Source: Methanotrichaceae archaeon (GTDB taxonomy: Archaea; Halobacteriota; Methanosarcinia; Methanotrichales; Methanotrichaceae). Taken from it: 64,000 nt of DNA. The notes under the pieces are model-generated. The model had not been told where the DNA came from. It saw only the letters and a program-made list of their open reading frames with translations, and did no database searches. The position numbers and the translations under genes are program-made. Within the stretch, counting starts at the first letter, position 1; every line of letters starts with the position of its first letter. Below, piece by piece: positions 1-10,652 of the stretch. The DNA lies in assembly GCA_963813075.1 (NCBI GenBank), contig CAWEXU010000030.1, forward strand, positions 352,001-416,000, written 5' to 3'.

Positions 1-106
1 AGATGAGAGTATCGGAAATCTCCTGCAGGACTTCAATTTGGGTCATTTATCTAACACATCCCATCAGCCCTTGGATAAAGGGATAAATATAACTGTCCAT
101 CCAGAG

Positions 107-814
107 TCAAATAGCGCACCCCGCTGCAAGCTGCGGGGTATTCATTTTAAAATAAATTGACAGAGCGATCAGGATCCCAAGCAGTACGACCAAGGCCCAG
201 ACCCGGCGATCGGCATCGAAGACCTTCTTGCCGTCCAGGGGTCCGAAGGGGAGCATATTAAAGGCCGCCAGGATCAGGTTGATGAATATGGCAAATCCCA
301 CCACGTCCACCCAGAGGCCGCTCCCCGCCAGACCGCTCGAGCCCAGAATGAAGAATATCACCGCCAAGACGATGTTGGTCAGGGGGCCGGCTAAAGATAT
401 GAGGAGCATCTCTCGCTTCAGTTGGCGGGCCAGCTCCTCCTGCTGGAAGGGATCGGGAACGGCAGAGCCGTCCATGCTATCTTGGATATACGCCTGGGCC
501 GGGAGCCGGGAACGGCTTATCATCACCGCTCCTGGAGCGGCGATAAGAAAGCCGGCGAAGGCGGAGACCACCGCCAAACCCAGGCCCGCGAGATTTGCCC
601 GGTATTCGGCCAGATAGCCAAAATGCATGGCAGTGAACTTATGAGCCAGCTCATGTAAGAGAAAGCCGCTGGCAACGCCAAGGGTGGAGATGAGGATCAT
701 ATCCGTATCCAGTTGCCTCCCTCCGAAGAGCACCGAGAAGGCGATGATCAGAGCAATCAATGATATGACCAGATCCCTAAATTCAACCGCTTTTATGCCC
801 AACATCATGCTCAT
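107..814 (-). CDS. M50-family (site-2) membrane zinc metalloprotease
   Basis: HELAH zinc motif, NMLPFGPLDG motif, several transmembrane segments. Confidence 0.85.
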   Translation of the reverse strand: MSMMLGIKAVEFRDLVISLIALIIAFSVLFGGRQLDTDMILISTLGVASGFLLHELAHKFTAMHFGYLAEYRANLAGLGLAVVSAFAGFLIAAPGAVMISRSRLPAQAYIQDSMDGSAVPDPFQQEELARQLKREMLLISLAGPLTNIVLAVIFFILGSSGLAGSGLWVDVVGFAIFINLILAAFNMLPFGPLDGKKVFDADRRVWALVVLLGILIALSIYFKMNTPQLAAGCAI

Positions 815-865
815 GACCTGTTGCCCCTCAGAGCTTTTGCTTTGCTTCCTTGTATTGATTGCAGT

Positions 866-1120
866 CTAATGGAGATCATCCTTGAATTTCTCTAGGATCT
901 TCTCTTTCAGGCGAAGTTCATCCTCTGCGGTCAGCGGGCGCTTTGCGGACATGGCGCACCTTTTGGGCATGGGAATAAGCTCCGCCTCCAATAGATCGTA
1001 GTAGGCCTCATCAAGGTCGATCTCCCCCCTGGCATATCTAAATAGAATGGCGCTGATCCCTTCACAGCCTGGGCTTTCCTTCTTGATACTATCCAGGGCT
1101 ACAACTATCTGCTCATACAC
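866..1120 (-). CDS. small hypothetical protein
   Basis: 84-aa ORF with natural composition, co-oriented with the M50 gene; no motif recognised. Confidence 0.6.
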   Translation of the reverse strand: MYEQIVVALDSIKKESPGCEGISAILFRYARGEIDLDEAYYDLLEAELIPMPKRCAMSAKRPLTAEDELRLKEKILEKFKDDLH

Positions 1121-1197
1121 GACATAGAGGTGGGTCCGGTTGATATTTATCTCTTATCAAGAAAACGATTTATACCTGGAGCCTGATCTCCCGCCTC

Positions 1198-2292
1198 ATG
1201 GGAAAAGTATTCGTGAGCCCTCTGAACTGGGGTTTGGGCCACTCCACCAGGGATATTCCCATAATTGAGGAGCTCTTCCGAAGGGGCCACGAGGTCACCA
1301 TAGGCACCAGCGGCAATGCCCTGACCCTCCTGAAGAGGGAATGCCCGGAATGCGATTTCATTACATTCAAGGACTACCCTGCTCCCTACAGCTCCACCCG
1401 ATTCTTCCTGCCCAAGTTTGCCGCCAGCATTCCCATCCTCCTGCGCGCCCTGGCCAGGGAGAGAAAAAAGCTGGACCAGATCGTGGCCGAAAATAAGTTC
1501 GACCTGATAATCAGCGACAACCGCATGGGGGTCTACAGTCACGACATTCCCAGCTACTTCATCACTCACCAGCTCCGCTTCAGCCTGCCCCAGTACCTCT
1601 ATCCCTTTGAGATGCTCACCATTCCCGCAAACAGCTTCTTTCATATCAAGTTCGACGGGGTCATAGTGCCGGATATCTATCCCTGGGGCGGCCAGCCCAA
1701 CCTGAGCGGCAAGCTCAGCCGCTCCCGGCTGGATGCCACCAACAAAAGAGCCTATTTCGCCGGAATCCTCACCAGCACCAGGAAGATGAATCTGGATGAG
1801 GATCTGGATTATCTGATCATTGTCTCCGGCCCTGAGCCCCAGAGGACCAAGCTGGAGGAGATCATCTTCCGTCAGGTGCAAAAGCTCCCCGGGGAGAAGG
1901 TGGTGCTCCTGGGAAGTCCCCAGAAGGAGAGGCATGAGAAGATAGATGAGCACACAACAGTTCACTCCTACCTGTCCACGGAAGAGAAAGTGGAGCTGAT
2001 GAACCGGGCACGCTTTCTGATTGGCAGGTCCGGCTACACCACCATGATGGAGATGGCAGAGCTGGACAAAAAGCATGGCCTGTTCACCCCCACCCCCGGC
2101 CAGACGGAGCAGGAGTATCTCTCCCGCTACTATGCCCAACAGGGATGGTTCCTCTCCCGCAGCCAGTACAAGCTCCGCCTTCCCCAGGATGTGCAGGAGG
2201 CGATGAGCTACCAGGGCTTCCCGGAGATGACCAAGACTGCAGAGAACGTGAAAAGGCTCTATGATGAGGTCTTCAAGCAGCATCTGAGCTGA
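1198..2292 (+). CDS. glycosyltransferase (GT-B fold, GT28-like C-terminus)
   Basis: N-terminal WGLGHSTR motif; C-terminal GRSGYTTMME and PTPGQTEQ motifs. Confidence 0.8.
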   Translation: MGKVFVSPLNWGLGHSTRDIPIIEELFRRGHEVTIGTSGNALTLLKRECPECDFITFKDYPAPYSSTRFFLPKFAASIPILLRALARERKKLDQIVAENKFDLIISDNRMGVYSHDIPSYFITHQLRFSLPQYLYPFEMLTIPANSFFHIKFDGVIVPDIYPWGGQPNLSGKLSRSRLDATNKRAYFAGILTSTRKMNLDEDLDYLIIVSGPEPQRTKLEEIIFRQVQKLPGEKVVLLGSPQKERHEKIDEHTTVHSYLSTEEKVELMNRARFLIGRSGYTTMMEMAELDKKHGLFTPTPGQTEQEYLSRYYAQQGWFLSRSQYKLRLPQDVQEAMSYQGFPEMTKTAENVKRLYDEVFKQHLS

Positions 2293-2326
2293 GATATGAT
2301 TTAACTATTTTACAGCATATAGAATA

Positions 2327-2938
2327 CTACCAGTAATTGCGGAGCGTCTCATGCACCCGTTCCACCTGTTCCGTGACCTCCGGGGCAAAAAGCTCCGCAG
2401 GCAATGTGTCGATCATCTGCTCAAGATACCTGGCCTTCCTCTCCATCAGCCGCCGGGCGGAGAAGGAATCAATATCCTCCATCATCTCCCCTGCCAGGCG
2501 GCTGGAGGAGTGAATGCAATTCTCAAGGCGCATCCGGGCAAAATCGGGGCGACAGTTCAGTCCCCACGTATCCAGATAAATCGCTCTTCCCAATTCGCTG
2601 AAGGCCTCGATGAACAGGCTGAAAGACGACTGATCGGAATCACAGCGCCCGTGAGTGGCGGCATAGCCGCAACCCTGGCAGCTTCGGCTCTGGCCAAACT
2701 TGACGCAGAAAGGGCAGGTACCGGGCCGGGTGGGCAGGTGGCCAAGAATGGTGAGAGCGAGGGCGCGGGCGAACTTGTGCAGCTCAGATGGCTCAACCCT
2801 CTCTAATTTGCCGGAGAAGAGATCCAACCAGTGGATCAGCTCCTGGCAGCCGGTGATAACCGCCCTCCGGGCCACTTCAAGAGATGCTGCATCGATCGAT
2901 GCCGCAGCCTCCTCCAGTTCCTTCGCTCTATCGGTCAT
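2327..2938 (-). CDS. hypothetical protein with Cys cluster
   Basis: TCPFC...CQGC...HGRC putative metal site; co-oriented downstream of the deacetylase. Confidence 0.65.
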   Translation of the reverse strand: MTDRAKELEEAAASIDAASLEVARRAVITGCQELIHWLDLFSGKLERVEPSELHKFARALALTILGHLPTRPGTCPFCVKFGQSRSCQGCGYAATHGRCDSDQSSFSLFIEAFSELGRAIYLDTWGLNCRPDFARMRLENCIHSSSRLAGEMMEDIDSFSARRLMERKARYLEQMIDTLPAELFAPEVTEQVERVHETLRNYW

Positions 2939-3027
2939 ACCAGTGGCAGTCAGGAGAATTCATCCGAAAGAATCAGAGGAAAGGGTAGAACAAGAAAAGG
3001 GCCATGAGGGGGCCGATCCATTGCCCC

Positions 3028-4392
3028 TCAGTACCCCTTCTGGGTATGGGTCATATTGTTGCAGAACTTGAACTTGTCCCGGTCCTTGTCCTGCAGATAG
3101 ACATACCCTATCCTACGATCCTCCAGATGCTCCTCATACTCCTCTTTTGCATCCTCCCGGCAGGACGGGCAGGCCCCGCGAGGGATGGATACGCAGAAAG
3201 CATTATTCAGGGTGCCATATCCCCTCTGAGCGGAGCTATTGATAGTCATGTAGCCCGGGCAGTGCGGACAGAGCCGGACCGACTCCTCCTGGTTCTCATT
3301 GATCATGTCCGTATCGTAAAAGACCCTCTTTTTCCGGCGGTAGAAGTCGCCTAAACTCTCCCGGGCCATCTGGACCATCTCCTCCCTATTCGACCAGACC
3401 TCATTCACCTGCTCCACCGTCTTTTTGATCTCCCGCCACATGGCATCGGTCTGCACAAAGGCTCCGGGCACATAATCCGGCTCGCGAACGTGAGAGTAGT
3501 CAAGGCCGGCCATGGCCTGGATGATACCGGTGTTCACATAGGGCAGGGCGCTCTCCACCGCATAGCCGCCCTCCAGGACGCAGATATCAGGAGCAAGCTT
3601 CTCGTTGAGCCGGGCATAGCCATTGGCTGAGAAGCGCATGTTGGCCAGGGGATCGGTGTAATGGTTGTCCTGGCCGGCGGAGTTTAAGACCAGATCGGGC
3701 TTGAACTCCTCCAGGATGGGCAGGATGAGATTGTCCAGGACATAATGGATCCCCTCATCGGTGGTGCCCGGTGGCAGGGGGACGTTCAGGGTGCGCGCCA
3801 GTGCCTGGGGCCCACCGATCTCGTTGGTGAAACCGGATCCAGGATAGAGGGTATGCCCATCCTGGTGGAAGGATATGCACAGGACTTCAGGATCATGCCA
3901 GAAGATCTCCTGGGTGCCGTCGCCGTGATGCACATCCGTATCGATAACCGCCAGTCTCTTGTGCCCGTACCTGGTCCTCAGGTACTCCACCAGTATGGCC
4001 ATGTTATTGATATTGCAAAATCCCCGGTTGCCGTGCACCACCCGCATGCTGTGGTGGCCTGGCGGGCGCACCAGGGCAAAACCGTTTCTGATCTCCCCCT
4101 TCTCCAGGGCATCGGCCAGGGTGAGGGTGCTCCCGGCGGCAATGAGATGGGCCTCAGTCACCTGGCTTTCCACATCCGGAACGCAGAAATGAGCGCGAGC
4201 GATGTCCTTGTTCTCCGCCAACCGGGGCTTGTACTCCTCGATCTGGGGTAGGTCCATCAGCCCCTCCTCGAAAATCTGGTCACGGGTGTAAAGCAGCCTC
4301 TCCTCCCTCTCCGGGTGGGTGGGCGATATGGCCCAGTCAAAAGCGGGGAAGAATATCAGGCCGGTCTTTCCAGCTACTGGTTTTGTGGCCAT
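3028..4392 (-). CDS. histone deacetylase-family (acetylpolyamine/acetoin-utilisation-like) hydrolase
   Basis: HPE, RPPGHH, GFC, DTDVHHGDGTQ, SAGQD and LEGGY motifs. Confidence 0.9.
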   Translation of the reverse strand: MATKPVAGKTGLIFFPAFDWAISPTHPEREERLLYTRDQIFEEGLMDLPQIEEYKPRLAENKDIARAHFCVPDVESQVTEAHLIAAGSTLTLADALEKGEIRNGFALVRPPGHHSMRVVHGNRGFCNINNMAILVEYLRTRYGHKRLAVIDTDVHHGDGTQEIFWHDPEVLCISFHQDGHTLYPGSGFTNEIGGPQALARTLNVPLPPGTTDEGIHYVLDNLILPILEEFKPDLVLNSAGQDNHYTDPLANMRFSANGYARLNEKLAPDICVLEGGYAVESALPYVNTGIIQAMAGLDYSHVREPDYVPGAFVQTDAMWREIKKTVEQVNEVWSNREEMVQMARESLGDFYRRKKRVFYDTDMINENQEESVRLCPHCPGYMTINSSAQRGYGTLNNAFCVSIPRGACPSCREDAKEEYEEHLEDRRIGYVYLQDKDRDKFKFCNNMTHTQKGY

Positions 4393-6069
4393 TTACCGGC
4401 ACCTCCAGGAGGGGAGCAGGCCAGCGGGAATCTCCATTCTGATATCCATCAGCTTTCCTACCGTCGACCATCCCCGAATCATATTGAATACCTCACTGCG
4501 AGTTATCTCTGCTTCTCCGGCATACTCCTCAACCCCCAGGCGAGCTGCCCTCTCCGCCAGAAGCTTCCTGGCCAGCTCTTCGGCCTGAGCCAGGGACATC
4601 TGCCTATCATTCACCTTGCCCATGATCCCATCCTCTGCAGTCACATACTCACCCCTCTCGGTATCGATGTGAAGGTTTAGGGTGATGGTGGGCCGGGCAA
4701 CGGCAGCGCCAATGGCATTGGCAACCGCAGCATACTCAGGCACAATTGAGGCCACCTTCAATCGGGAGGCAACAAGAGGCACCAGGGCCACTGACCCTCC
4801 CCCTACCCCAACCACATTCTGCGCCTGGAGCTTCTCCTTTTTCATGATCTCCCAGATGCGGTAAGCAGGCTCCCCTTCCCACTCCTGGAACATCTCATTG
4901 ATCTCGGAGGCGATCTTCTCCACCACCGAATCGACCACCATCTCTGCTGCTTTCTCAATGGAGCAATTCAGTTTGTCTGCCACCCCTGCCATCGCCTCCC
5001 TGGCCTTCTCCAGGTCGCCGACATTCAACTTCTCAAGGACGCGCAGAGCATCGGTGGGAGTGGGGCCCGTGCCCCCCAGACAGAAGGGCGAGCCGTTTCT
5101 CTCTGGGCCCACTTGCAGGCAGTCGCCGGCAACATTCACTGCGCTGTCCCCGCCAATGGCCAGGGACTTTACAGCAAAAGCCCGCACATGAGTGAGCATA
5201 GAATCCACCCGCGCTCCTTTGGAAGAGAGCAGAGGCCTGCCGGATAGGATCAGGGCCAGGTCGGTGGTCGTGCCGCCGATGTCCACTACCACAGAAGTCT
5301 GGCCGGGAGGGGTCAGAGCCATGACCCCCATGATGCTGGCTGCAGGCCCGGAGAAGATGGTCTCCACCGGCATTTCCAGCGATCCCTCCAGGGGCAGTGT
5401 TCCCCCGTCCGCCTTGAGAATATATACCGGAGCGGTGATCCTCCTCTCCTTCAAGGCCCTGGATATGGCTACGGCAAACCTGGCATAGCTCTCTTTGGTG
5501 GCCAGGGTCAGTATTGTAGTGGCTGCTCTCCGGGGGAAATTGAGGTGGCCGGATACCAGATGGCCCATCTCGACCTTCGAATCTGGAAGGGCCTGGGATA
5601 TGATCTGGGATACCTTCTCCTCGTGAGCCGGATTCCTCTGGCAGAACTTTCCCACCACCGCCACCTTAGTGATTCCGCTCTCCTTTATCCTGGCAGCGGC
5701 CTCTTTGATCTGGGACTCATCCAGCCGATCGATCTCCTTGCCCCGGAAATCTATCGCCCCATCGAGAATGATGGACTGGCCCAGGTTGTAATCCCTGGGA
5801 TTGGTCCCGGGGCCGGGGATGAGAACCAGTGCCACGGGATCCGTCTTCTTCTCAGCAATCATATTTGTGATCAGAGTGGTGCTTAAAACCACCCTCTCGA
5901 TCTTGCTGACGTCCACTCCTCTGACCAGCTCATCCAGGGCCTCCAGCAAACATCTCAGCAGATCATTGTGATCTGTAGGCACATAGGCCGTCTTCTCCAC
6001 CCGGCTGCCTTCCACCAAAACAGCATCAGTGGTGGTCCCGCCGACATCTATTCCAACAAGCATTTCCAT
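4393..6069 (-). CDS. hydantoinase/oxoprolinase family protein
   Basis: GIDVGGTTTD, SGPAAS, DIGGTTTD, PTPTDA and ANAIGAA motifs. Confidence 0.9.
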   Translation of the reverse strand: MEMLVGIDVGGTTTDAVLVEGSRVEKTAYVPTDHNDLLRCLLEALDELVRGVDVSKIERVVLSTTLITNMIAEKKTDPVALVLIPGPGTNPRDYNLGQSIILDGAIDFRGKEIDRLDESQIKEAAARIKESGITKVAVVGKFCQRNPAHEEKVSQIISQALPDSKVEMGHLVSGHLNFPRRAATTILTLATKESYARFAVAISRALKERRITAPVYILKADGGTLPLEGSLEMPVETIFSGPAASIMGVMALTPPGQTSVVVDIGGTTTDLALILSGRPLLSSKGARVDSMLTHVRAFAVKSLAIGGDSAVNVAGDCLQVGPERNGSPFCLGGTGPTPTDALRVLEKLNVGDLEKAREAMAGVADKLNCSIEKAAEMVVDSVVEKIASEINEMFQEWEGEPAYRIWEIMKKEKLQAQNVVGVGGGSVALVPLVASRLKVASIVPEYAAVANAIGAAVARPTITLNLHIDTERGEYVTAEDGIMGKVNDRQMSLAQAEELARKLLAERAARLGVEEYAGEAEITRSEVFNMIRGWSTVGKLMDIRMEIPAGLLPSWRCR

Positions 6070-6217
6070 TCGCCTTTCGACAGGCGCTCTAGATCAGGAT
6101 ATATATCGGCTTTGTGGTCTTCCAACCGCCTTCCGGAAACAGTACTTAATTTACTTATTTCAAGTAAGAATCAGAAATTATCAATAGGTTTTATAAATAC
6201 AAAGATGAGTAGACTAT

Positions 6218-6724
6218 ATGCTCAAAATCGTCATCATATTCATGTTATTGACCCTGATCGGCTCTCCCATGAATACCACATCAACTGAAAACACAAGCAT
6301 GAATAAATCGCTTCTTAACAATTCGAGCGTGAATGGTACACAGCAGAGCGACTTGGGCATAGATTTAAACCCCTTTATCTGGTTTCCCAGAAATACAAAG
6401 CCAGATGTTGCCTCAGACCTGAGGCAGACCCTGGAGGATATCAAGCACGATTATCTTAAGAATGCAGTGGACTCATATTCATCAGAAAAATCGATGACCG
6501 AGGAAGAATTCTCCAGGCTCTCCATCCCTCCGGCGATAAATGAGGAACTGGATAGATATAATCCCGAGAGCGACCCGGTACCCATAGACCCGATAGAGTT
6601 CCCGGATGATGAATGGAGTCCATGGCTTCAAGAGCCGCCATGGCCTCAAGAAGAGATGAAGAGGGGATGCTACGAGCCGGTCTGCAACGAAGACGGAATC
6701 TGCTATCAAGAATGCTGGGATTGA
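6218..6724 (+). CDS. putative secreted hypothetical protein
   Basis: hydrophobic N-terminus, acidic Pro/Trp-rich C-terminus ending in four Cys. Confidence 0.55.
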   Translation: MLKIVIIFMLLTLIGSPMNTTSTENTSMNKSLLNNSSVNGTQQSDLGIDLNPFIWFPRNTKPDVASDLRQTLEDIKHDYLKNAVDSYSSEKSMTEEEFSRLSIPPAINEELDRYNPESDPVPIDPIEFPDDEWSPWLQEPPWPQEEMKRGCYEPVCNEDGICYQECWD

Positions 6725-6734
6725 ATAAGGCTAC

Positions 6735-6968
6735 CTAATCCAGGGTTTGGATCAGCGGATTTATCTCATATACGTCCAGTTGCCGCTTTATGGTAAACAG
6801 CTGATTGCCCATCTGATGGCTCTTGAGCAGGGAGTTCCCAACATCTTTTGGCAGATAAAACTCCTCATCTCCCAGCTTCACCCAGAAGAACTTCCTGCTT
6901 TTGCCCAGCTCCATTCCGCTGTACCTGCCTGTGACCTTTTCACCGACCCTAAGAATTCGGGGCTCCAT
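6735..6968 (-). CDS. small hypothetical protein
   Basis: 77-aa ORF with a GAGGTGA ribosome-binding site upstream. Confidence 0.55.
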   Translation of the reverse strand: MEPRILRVGEKVTGRYSGMELGKSRKFFWVKLGDEEFYLPKDVGNSLLKSHQMGNQLFTIKRQLDVYEINPLIQTLD

Positions 6969-7207
6969 ATAGTTTCACCTCATTGATCGTTATATTTAGT
7001 CCTGCTACTACTTCTACCTTCCGATTGGTGGCTGGAGATGGACCCTCCGAGAAGAAGAAAGGTTTTTAAATCAAGCAGCACCACGCTGTCCACAATTGTA
7101 CATCATAGTGCAAAATAGGAGAATGATACTAACATGAATTCGATGCAAAGGGACGCAGATCAGCTTATGCATCTTATCTGTGCTCGATTATTTCGGGGTG
7201 AAGAGAT

Positions 7208-7303
7208 ATGAGCATGCCCTTATCCTACATGCTGCTGCTGATATCTCTAATAGCTATGATCTCCATAACTATATTTATACTTATGAGGACGTACCATGAT
7301 TAA
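7208..7303 (+). CDS. 31-aa single-TM peptide, putative symporter accessory subunit
   Basis: hand translation MSMPLSYMLLLISLIAMISITIFILMRTYHD*, overlapping the SSS start codon at 7296. Confidence 0.55.
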   Translation: MSMPLSYMLLLISLIAMISITIFILMRTYHD

Positions 7304-8714
7304 TCAATTGCTTCTCCTGGCCTATGTCCTGGCTATCATCATCCTTTCATTCAAACTGAGACAGGGGACATTCTCAGGCTTTGTTCTCTCCAACCGCAAC
7401 ATCGCCTATCCTGCGGTCATCGGCATAGCCTATACCGCTGCCTACTTCAGCGCTGCCTCCTTCCTGGGAGGAGGAGGTTACGGCCTTGCTGCCGGCATGC
7501 CCTGGGTGGTCTTCTGCTCCCTATTTCATGTTGGATTTGCCTGCATCGCCTGGATCATGGCGGGGAGAGTATGGGCCATGGCCAAGCAGTATGATGCCAA
7601 GACGGTCCCCCAGCTCCTGGAAAGGAGGTACAACTCCCCTCTGGGAAAGGTCATCTTAGCGGTGATCATGCTCATCCTCTATACCGTCTATCTGGTCCCC
7701 ATCTTCAAGGGATGCGCCACCCTATTTCAGGGGATGATCGGTGTCAGCTACCTCGAGGGCATATTGATCACCGTGGCTATAGTTGCCGTCTACTTTGCCA
7801 TCGGAGGCCTGCCGGCGATAATCTGGATCGGATTCATCCAGGGCGTACTGATGCTGATAGGAGCCATATTCCTTTATGGCGGCCTGTTCTCCGCCGGTGG
7901 TGGCCTGGATATCTGGGAGAGGATTCCCCTTGAGGTCCTCAGCATGGATGGACTGAACATCCCCTGGCAGCAGACATTTGGCCAGGCCTTCGCCATCAGC
8001 CTGGGCCTGCTCGCCCTCCCGGACCTATTGATCATGATATTCTCCGCCCGGGACAGAAGGGTGGTCCGTTTCGCCGGCATTTACGGACCAATATCCATCG
8101 CCATCTATTCAGTATGCATATTCTCCCTTGGAATCCTGGCCTATGGGGCCTTGAACGCGGAAGAGATAGGGCCATTTCTCAAGAATCCCGACGGCCTGGT
8201 GCCATTCATCGCCAGCATGGTTCTTCCTGCGGGCTTTGATGGCATCATTCTCCTGGCGGCGATATCCGCAGCCATGTCCACCATGAGCGCCATAGTGCTG
8301 GTCACGGCTACCTCCCTCACCTCGGACATCCTGCGCTACCTGAATCCGGGAATAGCCGACCGAATGGTCCTCTTTCTCACCCGCATAATCGGGGTTGTGA
8401 TACTGATAATAGCCGGCATCTCGGCGATCAATGTCCCTCAGCAGATCGTGCCTCTGGTGGCAGTGAGCATGGGGGTCATCGCTTGCTGCGTCCTGGTGCC
8501 GCTGTTCTTCGGCATCTTCTGGCAGCGGGGCACTGAGACCGGCTTTATCGCCAGCCTGCTCGCCTCATTCCTCTCGGTGGTGGTCTGGTACTTCTACGGC
8601 CACCCCCTCATCCACCCCGTATTTGTAGGCCTGATCTGCGGTACGGCAGCCTATCTGATCGGCAGCCTGGCGACGAGCCGACCGGAAGGGGCAAAGGTTG
8701 CTGCTCAGACATAA
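7296..8714 (+). CDS. sodium:solute symporter (SSS/SLC5, PutP/PanF-like)
   Basis: many TM segments; SAASFLG, TVPQLLERRY and AISAAMST motifs. Confidence 0.9.
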   Translation: MINQLLLLAYVLAIIILSFKLRQGTFSGFVLSNRNIAYPAVIGIAYTAAYFSAASFLGGGGYGLAAGMPWVVFCSLFHVGFACIAWIMAGRVWAMAKQYDAKTVPQLLERRYNSPLGKVILAVIMLILYTVYLVPIFKGCATLFQGMIGVSYLEGILITVAIVAVYFAIGGLPAIIWIGFIQGVLMLIGAIFLYGGLFSAGGGLDIWERIPLEVLSMDGLNIPWQQTFGQAFAISLGLLALPDLLIMIFSARDRRVVRFAGIYGPISIAIYSVCIFSLGILAYGALNAEEIGPFLKNPDGLVPFIASMVLPAGFDGIILLAAISAAMSTMSAIVLVTATSLTSDILRYLNPGIADRMVLFLTRIIGVVILIIAGISAINVPQQIVPLVAVSMGVIACCVLVPLFFGIFWQRGTETGFIASLLASFLSVVVWYFYGHPLIHPVFVGLICGTAAYLIGSLATSRPEGAKVAAQT

Positions 8715-8721
8715 CGCCCTT

Positions 8722-8772
8722 AATAGGAGGATGAATAGCGCCATTCATCCCTCTATTCGCTAATTTTTTTTT
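8722..8772 (+). terminator. hairpin plus T-tract after the SSS gene
   Basis: ggatgaat/attcatcc inverted repeat followed by a T-run. Confidence 0.55.
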
Positions 8773-8925
8773 GAATATTTACGAAATTGTGGATCACTAT
8801 TGGGAGCGAAAGGCACTGATCCGGCTGCCAGCTCTCGTCTTCAGGGGAGCAATTGAGGGATACTCTTGGATTAAATTAATATACCGAATCGGAGAGCCTT
8901 ATCATAACCAATAGGAGGGAATAGT

Positions 8926-9198
8926 TTGGCTGAGATGAGAAATTTTGCCCTGAGAGACGCCCAGGGAAATGAGATCGGAGTCTTTACTGGAAAATCGCCC
9001 AGGCAAGCGGCACTGAAGGCTGCCAACCGCGGCTACACCGAGATAAAGCTGCGCGAGCGCGGCACCAAGAAGGTCCATGTCTTCTCTGGAGAGAGAGTAC
9101 AGGTGGACAAGCCCAAAGGAGCACCTGCCTGGATGCCGGATAAGATCTGGAAGCCGAAGGTGAAAAAGGAAGGTATTGAGAAGCTGGATGAGGTCTGA
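8926..9198 (+). CDS. non-histone chromosomal protein MC1
   Basis: RNFALRD...FTGKSPRQAALKAANRG...LRERGTKKVHVF...PAWMP signature. Confidence 0.95.
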   Translation: MAEMRNFALRDAQGNEIGVFTGKSPRQAALKAANRGYTEIKLRERGTKKVHVFSGERVQVDKPKGAPAWMPDKIWKPKVKKEGIEKLDEV

Positions 9199-9283
9199 AG
9201 CTACCTAAAATTCGGGTTTTCTATATTTTTAAAATGGAGCAGAATAATTCTCCTGCTCCACCTCCGCCCAGTGCCCTGGATAA

Positions 9284-10588
9284 CTAGGGCACCAGGCGCC
9301 TTCTATCCCTGGGGAAGATAACTGCATCGCGGATATTGTCCAGATTGAGCATGGTCATCACCAGCCGGGAGAGCCCCAGCCCCCAGCCAGCATGAGGCGG
9401 CATACCATAGCGGAATGCTTTGAGATAGAACTCAAAACCATCCGGGTCCAGACCCTTTTCCTTTATCCTCTCCACCAGAAGATTATAGTCGTGCACCCTC
9501 TGTGCCCCGCTGGCCAGCTCCATACGCGGGTGCATGAGATCGAATCCCCGGCAGATCTGGGGCTCGTCCTCATAGGGCAGAGTATAGTAGGGTTTGATGG
9601 ATGAGGGCCAGTCGATCAGGAAGTAATGCTCTCCTATGCTCTCTCCTAAGAATCTCTCTGTCTCGGTATCCAGGTCGTCGCCCCATTGCATCTTGGCACC
9701 CGCCTTCTCTCCCGCCAGATCCAGAGCCTCGGTATAGGTGATCCTCTTGAAAGGAAGCCGTGGCACCTCCAGCTCCAGGCCCAGGACCTCCAGCTGGCGG
9801 CGGCAGTTCTCTCTTACATAGCTATAGGCCCCGGCCACCCCCTCCTCCAGGATCTCCATCACATCCTTATCATCAGCAAAGCTGATCTCAAGGTCTATGG
9901 AGATGGCCTCATTCAGATGGCGCCTGGTATCATGCTCCTCCGCCCGGAAGATGGGGCCGATCTCATAGACCCGGTCCATGCCTGCTGCCATCAGCATCTG
10001 CTTATAAAGCTGAGGGCTCTGGTTCAAGAATGCCTCCTTCTCAAAGTAGCTGATGGGGAAGAGGTCCGTCCCTCCCTCTGTGGCCGCGGCCACTATCTTG
10101 GGAGTGAAGACCTCGACCAATCCTTTCTTAAAAAAATAATCTCGAAGGCTATGCAGGACCGCACTCTCGATCTCGAAGGCCGCCAGGACACAGGGCCTGC
10201 GAATGTCCATGAACCTGGAGTCCAGGCGGGTGTCCAGCTCACACTCCACCTTCTCAGTGGGATCAAGAGGCAATGGGACCTGGGCAGCACTTAGAACCTG
10301 AATCTCCGCGGGAAGGATCTCATACCCTCGCGGCGCCTTTGGCTCCGCCTTCACATTTCCCCGGACCATCACCACGCTCTCCCGGCTGATGGAGCGCGCC
10401 GTCTTGAAAACATCCTTTCCCAGCAGCTTTTTGACCAGGGTGATTTGAGCCATTCCCTCCCTATCCCTGAGCACCAGGAAGGCTATTCCTCCCAGATCCC
10501 TGATCTCATGGGCAAAGCCCGCCAGCGTGACCTCTTTTCCGTCCAGTTCCGCAGATATTTCGCCTGAATAATGAGTTCTGAGGATCAA
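9284..10588 (-). CDS. aspS: aspartyl-tRNA synthetase (archaeal type)
   Basis: OB-fold N-terminus; [30 protein letters not shown] and FPRD motifs. Confidence 0.97.
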   Translation of the reverse strand: MILRTHYSGEISAELDGKEVTLAGFAHEIRDLGGIAFLVLRDREGMAQITLVKKLLGKDVFKTARSISRESVVMVRGNVKAEPKAPRGYEILPAEIQVLSAAQVPLPLDPTEKVECELDTRLDSRFMDIRRPCVLAAFEIESAVLHSLRDYFFKKGLVEVFTPKIVAAATEGGTDLFPISYFEKEAFLNQSPQLYKQMLMAAGMDRVYEIGPIFRAEEHDTRRHLNEAISIDLEISFADDKDVMEILEEGVAGAYSYVRENCRRQLEVLGLELEVPRLPFKRITYTEALDLAGEKAGAKMQWGDDLDTETERFLGESIGEHYFLIDWPSSIKPYYTLPYEDEPQICRGFDLMHPRMELASGAQRVHDYNLLVERIKEKGLDPDGFEFYLKAFRYGMPPHAGWGLGLSRLVMTMLNLDNIRDAVIFPRDRRRLVP

Positions 10589-10652
10589 TTCATCTCACGG
10601 CTGCGAGAATGAATTCCTGATATAAAAGCAGTCTGATCAAAACCGCTTTCAA

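Noticed and set aside
1..46. Possible start of a minus-strand CDS (MTQIEVLQEISDTLI...)
   Set aside because: Cut by the window edge; 15 codons are too few to call.
1147..2283. Long antisense ORFs (for example 1147..2283, 19983..20852, 11253..11939)
   Set aside because: They are shadows of recognisable genes on the opposite strand, with no motifs.
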